This document shows, piece by piece, positions 35,466 through 43,810 of a DNA stretch of 64,000 nucleotides. The position numbers and the translations under genes are program-made. The first letter of the stretch is position 1; each line of letters opens with the position of its first letter. Under the pieces are notes generated by a model. That model was not told the DNA's origin and searched no databases. It saw nothing but the letters and a program-made list of their open reading frames with translations. This stretch comes from Myxococcota bacterium (GTDB lineage Bacteria > Myxococcota_A > SURF-8 > G963663525), in contig CAXXVK010000072.1 of the NCBI GenBank assembly GCA_963676915.2, positions 96,001-160,000 on the forward strand. Reading direction: 5' to 3'.

Positions 35466-36281
35466 ATGCGTTTCCGTTTGTTTTCATTGATGTTTTTGTT
35501 GTCCTTCCTGTTTCTCGGCGTTGCTTGCGAGCAAGAAGGTCCGTTGGTGGAAAAACACGCGATGGACCCCGTGGAAGCTGTCACCATGGAATTTCTCGAT
35601 TACGTGAAAGCGAAGAATTGGGACAAAGCCTATGGTATGCTTACCGCGAAAACCCGCGAAGCCTGGCCCAAAGAAGAATTCATCAAGGAAACCAAGTTCC
35701 AGATTTCCCCTAAAATCGGTAGCTTGCACATTCGCCGGATCGAAAAGAAAGCCGAAACCGCAACCCTGTATACCGACCTGATCGGCGAGTGGGCGCACCT
35801 GAATACGGTCGAAAGCCAGCGGGTGACGTTGCTCTGGCGCAAAGAAAACAACCGCTGGATGATCGAAAAGCCCGAAATGATTGCGAAACTGGAGGAGCAA
35901 CGCGCCCTAGACGCTGCCCGAAAAGCTCGTGCAGACAAATGGCGGGACAAGCTGGAGTGGACCGAATTCAAAGTTAAAAGCGAGTTGACCGAAGAAGGTC
36001 CGGCCCTGGTGTTTACCGGCAAAGTGAAAAATACGGGAACGAGTGCTCTGGAAATGGCCCAGGTTTTTACGTATTTCTTCAATGCCGATAACAAAAAAGT
36101 CTATAGCGTCGTGGTCGTGCCGGTTTACATTTCCCGCTGGGATCCCAAAAAGGCAAAACCCTTGATGCCCGGCGAAACACGGGATTTCATCGAAACCATC
36201 CTTTCCGAAATTCCTGATGACTGGTCGGGAGAGTTCAAATACGAACTCTGGGACGCCGGAGACATGCCCAACAAAAAATAA
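35466..36281 (+). CDS. Lipoprotein with NTF2-like and FxLYD-like domains
   Basis: Lipobox GVAC; KNWDKAYGMLT...WRKENNRWMI; TGKVKNTG..YFFNAD..PGETRDF. Confidence 0.65.
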   Translation: MRFRLFSLMFLLSFLFLGVACEQEGPLVEKHAMDPVEAVTMEFLDYVKAKNWDKAYGMLTAKTREAWPKEEFIKETKFQISPKIGSLHIRRIEKKAETATLYTDLIGEWAHLNTVESQRVTLLWRKENNRWMIEKPEMIAKLEEQRALDAARKARADKWRDKLEWTEFKVKSELTEEGPALVFTGKVKNTGTSALEMAQVFTYFFNADNKKVYSVVVVPVYISRWDPKKAKPLMPGETRDFIETILSEIPDDWSGEFKYELWDAGDMPNKK

Positions 36282-36366
36282 AACCGCTTGAAATTACTGG
36301 AAAATTTCAAAGAACGGCGATTTTTTTGGTGCCTTTGTTATTCGTAATCATTACAAGAAGTGAGAT

Positions 36367-36389
36367 GGAGCGGGATTCAATCCCGCTCC
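36367..36389. repeat. Perfect intergenic palindrome (REP-like or terminator stem)
   Basis: GGAGCGGGATTCAATCCCGCTCC, 10-bp stem, no U-tract. Confidence 0.45.
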
Positions 36390-36614
36390 TAAACGTTTCG
36401 GGCCAGCTTTGAAACCTGAACCATCGGAATTTGTACAAGAACAAAGATTTCCCCACATTTTCATTTCAGATTCAACGATATTTCCACGTTGTTTTTAGAC
36501 TTGCGTCCCTTGGGTTCCATCGGTAAAATCAAATATGTGTAAAAAAGTCGCACCCTTTCCCGGTTTTTTTGCACAAAGGTGTGCAAACGCCTCGTCCAAT
36601 AGCTAAAGGAAAGG

Positions 36615-37214
36615 GTGCAGGAGATGCAACTTTTGGCGCTAGACATGGGGCAAGACAAGGCACTAAGCGAACTGAGCGACCTGGGCCTGCTTGAAAAAGC
36701 AAAGGAAGGAAACCGTCGCGCCTTCGAAGTGCTGTTCAAACGACATTATACCAGTGTCCGGCGTATTGTGATCTCCGTCATCGGTCCTTGTGACGATGTG
36801 GAAGATGTGGTTCAAAACGTTTTTTTGCGCGTCTACCGAACCGCGATGAATTTCCAAGGAAAAAGCAAGTTCACATCCTGGCTTTTTCGGGTAGCGGTCA
36901 ATATGACCTACGACCACATGCGTCAAAAGAAGAGAAGCGGGCAGTTGATCGAACATTGGCTGGAAAAACACCCGGAACCGGCACCCAGCACGACCCCATT
37001 GGATAACAGTCTTAACCGGGAGGAAGTGAAAAAAGTCAGCGAAGCTCTCGACAAATTGAAAGTTCACAAAAGGAATGTCTTTATTCTGTTTGAGATTCAG
37101 GGTTTGACTTTGGATGAAATTGCCAAAACCTTGGATCTCAGTACCACCACGGTCTGGTCAAGATTGTACCAGGCACGTAAAGATTTTAAAAAATTCTACG
37201 AAAAAGCAAAGTGA
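36615..37214 (+). CDS. ECF RNA polymerase sigma factor
   Basis: GNRRAFEVLF, DVEDVVQNVFL, FTSWLFRVAVN, EIAKTL..TVWSRLYQAR. Confidence 0.95.
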   Translation: MQEMQLLALDMGQDKALSELSDLGLLEKAKEGNRRAFEVLFKRHYTSVRRIVISVIGPCDDVEDVVQNVFLRVYRTAMNFQGKSKFTSWLFRVAVNMTYDHMRQKKRSGQLIEHWLEKHPEPAPSTTPLDNSLNREEVKKVSEALDKLKVHKRNVFILFEIQGLTLDEIAKTLDLSTTTVWSRLYQARKDFKKFYEKAK

Positions 37215-39008
37215 TTGATCGATATGAAACCCTTCAAAGTACATCCTAATCGCCTTTGGGATCTCGCCGCCGGGAGGCTGGCGGACGAAGAGGCGTTCAT
37301 GGTGCGGCGGCACCTGATGGAAAACGACAAAAGCCGCCTTCGCTTCGAGTCGTTTCAACGAAGTGTGAAAGGACTCGAAGCTTACAGTGATATGATCGAT
37401 GCCACGGCAGACGATCCCGACGACGCCTGGGCGCGTTTCGAAGGCCGTCTCAACCAGGAAATCGTTCATCCTGCCCCCCGTCGTCGACGGTTTTCTCCGC
37501 GCAAGTTGCGCTTGGTTCTCGTTCCTCTGATGTCCGTTTTGTTGATCGGTTCGGCCTTTGCCGCCTATTCCGTCTACCAGAATCCAACCTTGCTGACCAA
37601 ATGGTTCGGTGGGTCGAATACCGTGGAGACGGTGCCTGTGGTTGTACCCGAACCTCCGGCTCCCGAAGTGATTCAGGAACCCGAACCTCTTGCCATCGAA
37701 GGTAAGGTGGTGTGGAGTTCGGATCATTGCAAGACGTTCACGAAAGGCGAGGTTGTCGGGCAGAAGATCGAAAGCGGATCGTGCCAGTTGCACGTCGATT
37801 ACGGCTCTGGCGTTCAAGCGCTTTTGATGCCGCAAGCCGGATTCACGATGTCGCGCAGTGGTGAAAATTTTGAAGCCCAAATGACGCAGGGACAGGTTTT
37901 CATGCTGTTTGATCGTCGCGAATTCATGCTGAAAGCCGGAGGACGGGAGTTCGTCGGCGAGGATGCTCTGTTCTTTGCACGCCGAGATCGTGAACGGATG
38001 CATGTTGCCGTGCTGAGTGGCCGGGTCGGAATCCGTCGTACTGGCGGGGACTTGCGACATCTGCTGCTTGGTCCTCAACGCTGGATGCAGGATGGCGACC
38101 GCGAAGAGTTGGGCCTCGTATCCGCCGAAGAAAAAAGCGCACTGTTGGACTTCGCCGAACGAGCGCGCCATGGGTATCCCACCCAAACCGCCCGCTTGGA
38201 CGATACGAAAAAAGCGCGTTCGGTTCGTCGTTCTCCTGTCAAAACCGTCGATTCCGTCGCGATGATGCAGGCCGAACCGAAAGAGGAAGCGTGTGACGAG
38301 CACCCGGATGCTCAGCGTCTCTATCGTGAAGGCAAATACGCCGAAGCGCTCGAAGCGGTTGAAAACGAGATCCGCAACGATCCTTCCTCCTGTAGTGATC
38401 TCTACTACCTTCAAGGCTTGATCCATACCGCGCTCAAAGATCCGCGCCGTGCTGTGGATGCCTTTGCCAAAGTACAGGAAAAAGGTTCGGGAGAACTCGT
38501 AGGACGAGCGTTGTACGAAGAAGGCCGGGTATTGGCCGACCTGTTGCATCAACCTGGGAAGGCACGCATTCGCTGGGATCGCTATCTTGCCAAATACCCG
38601 AACGGTATGTTGGTTCAGGATGTACTTAGCCGGTTGTGCGAATACGAGCTCGAACAAGGCGAGTCCGGGAATTGTCAAACCTATCTGCAACGGTTCTCGG
38701 ACGGATTCCGAGCGCCGCAGATTCATTGGGCGTTGGCCAAGCTGGCGTTGGATCACGGGCAATATCGTGAAGCGCTGGATCACCTGAAGCAGATCAAGGA
38801 AACCATGCTCGCTCCGACGGATCGAGAATCGTGGCGATACCTTCAGGTGTATTGCTATGCCGGTTTGAATCGTCCCGATCCTGGACGCACTGCCGCGAGA
38901 GTCTACCTGCGTCACCATGCCGACGGGCAGTGGTCCGGGCAGGTTCGGGATATTCTCCAGCGTTGGAAACAAGCGCCTTCGGACCTTGGCTCCGATCATG
39001 AACGATGA
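37215..39008 (+). CDS. Anti-sigma factor-like protein: degenerate ZAS, TM, FecR-like domain and TPRs
   Basis: GRLADEEAFMVRRHL N-terminus, single TM, VAVLSGRV FecR-like strand, TPR/YLAKYPNG C-terminus; abuts the sigma gene. Confidence 0.8.
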   Translation: MIDMKPFKVHPNRLWDLAAGRLADEEAFMVRRHLMENDKSRLRFESFQRSVKGLEAYSDMIDATADDPDDAWARFEGRLNQEIVHPAPRRRRFSPRKLRLVLVPLMSVLLIGSAFAAYSVYQNPTLLTKWFGGSNTVETVPVVVPEPPAPEVIQEPEPLAIEGKVVWSSDHCKTFTKGEVVGQKIESGSCQLHVDYGSGVQALLMPQAGFTMSRSGENFEAQMTQGQVFMLFDRREFMLKAGGREFVGEDALFFARRDRERMHVAVLSGRVGIRRTGGDLRHLLLGPQRWMQDGDREELGLVSAEEKSALLDFAERARHGYPTQTARLDDTKKARSVRRSPVKTVDSVAMMQAEPKEEACDEHPDAQRLYREGKYAEALEAVENEIRNDPSSCSDLYYLQGLIHTALKDPRRAVDAFAKVQEKGSGELVGRALYEEGRVLADLLHQPGKARIRWDRYLAKYPNGMLVQDVLSRLCEYELEQGESGNCQTYLQRFSDGFRAPQIHWALAKLALDHGQYREALDHLKQIKETMLAPTDRESWRYLQVYCYAGLNRPDPGRTAARVYLRHHADGQWSGQVRDILQRWKQAPSDLGSDHER

Positions 39009-41541
39009 CGGATTAGCCTGGTCGATTTTGTTTCCTAGAAAGTACTTTTTCGCCTTTTTGCGCCTTTTCTCTCGTTTCTATACCTCATTGTTCCAAATTC
39101 TCCGACCATCTTGTTGGCTCGTGCCGGTCTGTTTTGTTCCGGTACTGTGCTTGGCGGCGTGTTCTGAAGATCGTTATCACAGCTACGAGTTCGAACGCGA
39201 GCCTTCCACGGATGGAGATCAAGATCCCGATAGTCTTCCCGAAGATGATTCCGAGGAAGATTCGGACGTGGATCTCATAGATTTCGATGGGACGGAGGAC
39301 GACGAAACCATCATCGGCGACGTTACGCTGTTTTGTGAACAAACCTTGCAATATTGCGCAAGCGATCCGTTGTTTTTCGATGGAACCGAACGTTGCGAAC
39401 GCAAGGAAGTCAACGGAAAAATCTACTGGGAACGCATTCTGTGCGTTTCCTCCTCCACTTATGATCCCTATTCGAAAATCTGTAGGAATACCGCAGAAGT
39501 GCGGACACTGGAAATGTGTCCTTACGGCTGTTCTCCCGATGGTTCGCGAACGCGCTGCGACCGCATTTTTACCGGTACGATCGATTGGGGCATTGCCGAT
39601 GATCCCGGCGGCGATCAAGATGAAGATGTCGAAGAAGAGCAGGTTCTACCCGTACCGAATCGTGAAACGCTGTGTTCGACAGACAACTGGTGCTGGTCCG
39701 ATGCTCGACCCTTTGGCGGAAGTGTCTACAATGTGTACGCTCCGGACCCGTCGCATGTCTGGCTGGTTGGAGATATGGGACTTGTGTTTTACGACGGAGA
39801 AAGCTGGGTCGAAGCGCCGGTAGTCCGTTACAAAGTTCCTCGCGATCTGGCCGGTTTGAACAAAGACAACGTGTGGGTAGTAGGAGACAACTGTTTCGTG
39901 GCTCACTGGAAAGGGGATGGCAGCCCGTTTTGGAGAACCTCCAACCCGGTATCCGATGGCGATGACATCGATCTCAAAGCCGTGGACATGGTTCAATATT
40001 CTTACAATGACGGTGTGTACGATTGGGATGTAAATGCCATGATAACCGTAGGTTCTCCACGAAAAATCCTGCTGTTCGAAGGCAAAACCCGAGAGTCTTC
40101 GAATCCTCCGGGAACGGTGCAGCAGGACGTTTGGAGTGTGATCGAACCGCCGGATGAAAATCGTCTCGTATTTCAGGATGTATGTCAGTTCGGACGTATG
40201 GATTTCTGGGTAGTGGCCGACGAAGTATGGTTGTATCACCATGACCCGGAAACCGGCTGGGATGAACCGCGTCACCACCATTCGAGAGTCAACGCCATTC
40301 AATGCTCGTTGGATGGGGATTTGTTGATTGCGGAATCCTCGTTACAAGGTTACTCGTTGCGATATCTTTCTCGCTGGGACACCTTCGACGAGTTGCGTTC
40401 GGTGGATAAGGAAATTACTCGGATTATCAGTAAGGATGATGGTCGTCTGGCTGCCACGACGGTTGGAGGACTCGTGCTGCGTTGGCAGGGAGGACGTTGG
40501 ATCGAAGATTTACTGGTTTATGCGCCTACCGGGACGTTTCCCAATCTCTACGGTATGGACTGGGATGAAGAAGGTAATTTCTGGGCAGTTGGCGATCAGG
40601 TGTACCAGCTTCCAGCGGAGGATGACTGGCAGGCCGTGACCACGGGAATGGATCTTCCCTGGCGGACCATTTGCGCCATGAACGAGTTGGAACTATGGGC
40701 AGCGGGAGATCAGGGACGGTTGGCTCGATACGATGGAGAAAGCTGGAGCCTGGAGCCTTCCGTCCAGAACGAAACCTTACGGGCGTCGATTGCCGTTCCG
40801 GCCAACCGAACCGAAGATTCTACCGAACCCTACGTATTTTTCGGGGGAGATAACGCCACGTTGCTGGGCTATAACGGAAATTCCTGGCTGACTTATCCCA
40901 ATCCCAATGGTAGTGATGGACCCGTCTTGCAAGAAGGCGCCTGGCGTGATCTGTGGTACGATGAAGAAACCCAAGAACTTTGGGCCGTTGGTGACGATGG
41001 TTGGATCATTCACGGGGATTTCAAAACCTGGAATTATATCAGCACGCCCATTTTGGATTGTACGATGGGAGCGATTTGGGGGGCGCGGAGTTCCGGCAGT
41101 TTGATGATCTACGCCGGAGGTGACAAACCCGGATGCTTTTATCGTTACGACGGACGGACACTGAATTTCGTTGGAGAAGCCGACGCTCCGACGCAAAATA
41201 TCGTGGATATCGGCGGTACGGGATTCCAGTCGGTTTATGTAACGACCACGACAGGGCTGTATCGTTACGGCGGGTGGTCCTGGAATATGGATCGCGAACT
41301 CAGCGAGGGACGACACTTCCTGTTTACCAGCGCTTTGGAACAGCACATTGTTTCGAGTTTCGATTCGGGACGGGCACAAAGCTTGCGGAGACATTCTACC
41401 GGCTGGACTCGAAGTGAACTGCTGTATGGGGGAGAACTGTTCGATATGGTTGGGGTTTCGTATTTCGATACGACTGCTCAGCGGTACATTGTCTGGGCTG
41501 TGGGAGAGCACGGTATTCTCATGCGGCATCCCGATCTTTAA
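38917..41541 (+). CDS. Beta-propeller lipoprotein with Cys-rich N-terminal region (true start probably downstream of 38917)
   Basis: Lipobox LAAC, DGDQD linker, repeated (V/L)WAVGDxG...YDGxSW blades. Confidence 0.8.
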   Translation: MPTGSGPGRFGIFSSVGNKRLRTLAPIMNDDGLAWSILFPRKYFFAFLRLFSRFYTSLFQILRPSCWLVPVCFVPVLCLAACSEDRYHSYEFEREPSTDGDQDPDSLPEDDSEEDSDVDLIDFDGTEDDETIIGDVTLFCEQTLQYCASDPLFFDGTERCERKEVNGKIYWERILCVSSSTYDPYSKICRNTAEVRTLEMCPYGCSPDGSRTRCDRIFTGTIDWGIADDPGGDQDEDVEEEQVLPVPNRETLCSTDNWCWSDARPFGGSVYNVYAPDPSHVWLVGDMGLVFYDGESWVEAPVVRYKVPRDLAGLNKDNVWVVGDNCFVAHWKGDGSPFWRTSNPVSDGDDIDLKAVDMVQYSYNDGVYDWDVNAMITVGSPRKILLFEGKTRESSNPPGTVQQDVWSVIEPPDENRLVFQDVCQFGRMDFWVVADEVWLYHHDPETGWDEPRHHHSRVNAIQCSLDGDLLIAESSLQGYSLRYLSRWDTFDELRSVDKEITRIISKDDGRLAATTVGGLVLRWQGGRWIEDLLVYAPTGTFPNLYGMDWDEEGNFWAVGDQVYQLPAEDDWQAVTTGMDLPWRTICAMNELELWAAGDQGRLARYDGESWSLEPSVQNETLRASIAVPANRTEDSTEPYVFFGGDNATLLGYNGNSWLTYPNPNGSDGPVLQEGAWRDLWYDEETQELWAVGDDGWIIHGDFKTWNYISTPILDCTMGAIWGARSSGSLMIYAGGDKPGCFYRYDGRTLNFVGEADAPTQNIVDIGGTGFQSVYVTTTTGLYRYGGWSWNMDRELSEGRHFLFTSALEQHIVSSFDSGRAQSLRRHSTGWTRSELLYGGELFDMVGVSYFDTTAQRYIVWAVGEHGILMRHPDL

Positions 41542-41597
41542 AAAGTCTTTGTCGGTCCTCAAAATCAAGGTCTTTCAGCAAAACATTGATTCAATCG

Positions 41598-41622
41598 GCA
41601 GGTCGGGTGGTTTTCACCCGGC
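41598..41622. repeat. REP family A unit
   Basis: GCAGGTCGGGTGGTTTTCACCCGGC. Confidence 0.6.
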
Positions 41623-41656
41623 AATTTTCCTAAAAAAATCACGCCTCAATACAGGT

Positions 41657-41859
41657 GGGTGCATCACAAAATGGTGCGAATAGGCCCAATACTATTGAAG
41701 CATTCATTCATTTGGTTGTAGCGGCGAGGCGTAAGCCCGCCGAAAAGGGAGATTGGGGGTATAAAAGCAACTTTCAAAAAGGCAAAAACGGCGGGCTTAC
41801 GCCTCGCCGCTACGAAAAAAGAGGATTTTACGAAAGTCGCTATATTTTGTGATGCACCC
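41657..41859. mobile_element. MITE (203 bp) with 16-bp TIRs, 9-bp target site duplication and internal GTAG-REP doublet
   Basis: TIR GGGTGCATCACAAAAT (41657-41672)/ATTTTGTGATGCACCC (41844-41859); flanking direct repeat AATACAGGT (41648-41656, 41860-41868); internal perfect 25-bp inverted pair 41718-41742/41789-41813. Confidence 0.85.
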
Positions 41860-41951
41860 AATACAGGTTTTCCAGTACAAAACGGTTTGTCAATTGCCAT
41901 GGTTTCGGGTATAACGGGAACGTTTTCACCCACCTGATGACGAGGTTGACG

Positions 41952-42743
41952 ATGCATCGCAAACTATCGGTTTTTGTTGTTGTAAGCTTGGTTTTCGGAT
42001 TTTCTTTTTCCGTATGGTCCCAGGAAGTGGTTCCCGGACTCCAACCTGCCGCGAACCCCAATGCCACCGTCCAGGAGATTCTTGCAGGTTGTGACAAGGT
42101 GACATACGGCTTCAAAGATTCGTGGATGGATGTCAAAATGGTCATTCGTGATACGGATGGCACCGAAAAGCATTACTTGTTGGAGTTTATGCAGAAAGAT
42201 GAATACAAGCGACTGATCACCTTTAAAAGTGCCGAAGCCAAGGGAATGCGGGTGCTGTTTCGCAGCCAGGATGAGATGTACATCTACCTTCCGTCGTTCA
42301 AACGGGTACGACGCCTGGCTCAGCACAACATGAAAGAAAAATTCATGGGTTCGGACGTGACGAACCAGGAGATGGGTTCAGTCTGGTATGCTGTTGATTA
42401 TACGGGGAAAATGGTGAAGCAGGATGACAAATACTGGTGGATCGAAGTTACGCCGAAACCCGGAATCAGCGATCCTTTCGTCAAACGTATCCTCAAAATC
42501 AACAAAAAACGCTACGACCTGGAAGGCGTCGATTTCTTCGAAAAAGGGCGCGATACCCCAGTAAAACGGATGTACATCGATCCCGAATTCGTCAATTACG
42601 GGCAAGTCTGGCGGTCCAAAGCTATCACATGGCGCGATCTGGACACGGGACACGAAACCACGACCGAAGTTCACGGTTTCAAAGTCAACCAGGGTATCAA
42701 GGACAAACTGTTCACCAAGCGAAACCTGCAATGGGGGCGTTGA
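41952..42743 (+). CDS. Outer-membrane lipoprotein-sorting (LolA-like) protein
   Basis: Signal peptide; F.S.AE.KG, YIYLPSFKRVRRL, FMGSD, LFTKRNL motifs. Confidence 0.88.
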   Translation: MHRKLSVFVVVSLVFGFSFSVWSQEVVPGLQPAANPNATVQEILAGCDKVTYGFKDSWMDVKMVIRDTDGTEKHYLLEFMQKDEYKRLITFKSAEAKGMRVLFRSQDEMYIYLPSFKRVRRLAQHNMKEKFMGSDVTNQEMGSVWYAVDYTGKMVKQDDKYWWIEVTPKPGISDPFVKRILKINKKRYDLEGVDFFEKGRDTPVKRMYIDPEFVNYGQVWRSKAITWRDLDTGHETTTEVHGFKVNQGIKDKLFTKRNLQWGR

Positions 42744-42793
42744 GGAATTCCCTCGTGCTTCTATCGCCTGTTGGCGTCGATCGGTTTTGATTC

Positions 42794-43726
42794 ATGGCAA
42801 ATGCTGAGTCTACATGGCTCCATGGGGTGCGAAGCCGTCAGATCGACGTGTACGCCGGGTTGATCCTCGTACAGTTGTTTTTCGGTACGTTTCCCGTTGC
42901 CGGGAAGATCGTATTGGGGCATTTTTCGCCGTGGGCCATGATGGGCCTTCGGATGACGGCCACGAGCGTCATTCTGTTTGTCTTGTCCTGGGTTTTGGGC
43001 GTACTGTCCCTGCCGACTCTAAGGCAGCTCGGATACGTGGTGTTGTGCAGCTTTTTCGGAATTGTACTGAATCAGGCTTTGTTTCTTCATGGTCTGGCGC
43101 GCACCACGGCATCCAATGCGGCGATTTTGATGGTGCAGATTCCCGTGTTCACGTTCAGTGCCGCTGTTTTGTTGCGGATGGAGCGCCTCACCGGTAGGCG
43201 ATTGTTAGGGTTGCTTTGCGGGCTGGCCGGAGTTCTCGTCCTGTTGAAAGTCGAGACGTTTTCCTTTGTAGCCGAGCACCAGTTCGGTAATCTACTGATT
43301 CTTTTCAACACGATGAGTTACACCGTTTATCTCCTGGTTTCCAAAAAAGTTCTGCCCCAGATGAACCCGTTGAATTTCGTGACGTGGTTTATTTTTATCG
43401 GGGCTGTGATGATTCAACCCCTATCGTTGAAACCGATGCTGGAAGAAGTGGTATTGGAAGCCGACCTAAAAGTTTGGTTAGCTTTGGGTTGGATTATTCT
43501 CATGATTACGGTCGTGAATTACTTTTTGAATGCTTATGCCTTGCAGAATATTGCCGCGTCGATTGTCGCTGCTTTCGTGTATCTCCAGACCGTCGTCGGA
43601 ATCGGTCTGGCTATCGTGATGCTGGACGAACGCTTGAGTCTGCGTACAGCGCTTGCGGCGCTTCTGGTGTTTTCCGGTGTGTACCTCGTTACGTTGCAAT
43701 CGTCGTCATCGAAAAAAAAGAGATAA
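42794..43726 (+). CDS. DMT/EamA family transporter
   Basis: 10 TM segments in two EamA repeats (GLARTTASNAAIL, LLRMERL, MLDERL). Confidence 0.92.
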   Translation: MANAESTWLHGVRSRQIDVYAGLILVQLFFGTFPVAGKIVLGHFSPWAMMGLRMTATSVILFVLSWVLGVLSLPTLRQLGYVVLCSFFGIVLNQALFLHGLARTTASNAAILMVQIPVFTFSAAVLLRMERLTGRRLLGLLCGLAGVLVLLKVETFSFVAEHQFGNLLILFNTMSYTVYLLVSKKVLPQMNPLNFVTWFIFIGAVMIQPLSLKPMLEEVVLEADLKVWLALGWIILMITVVNYFLNAYALQNIAASIVAAFVYLQTVVGIGLAIVMLDERLSLRTALAALLVFSGVYLVTLQSSSSKKKR

Positions 43727-43810
43727 ACACCGAAAACGATTTTCTCTTTCGAGATTGGGTCAAATCGGGTATTTTCTTGCAAAATTCTAATTAAATTGAG
43801 GACCAGAGCG

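Noticed and set aside
37158-38999. 613-aa minus-strand ORF, and similar long antisense ORFs (29430-30938, 13126-14442, 16958-18217, 22809-23939, 701-1402)
   Set aside because: Each lies opposite a well-supported gene and has no recognisable motifs; these are shadow ORFs caused by codon bias.
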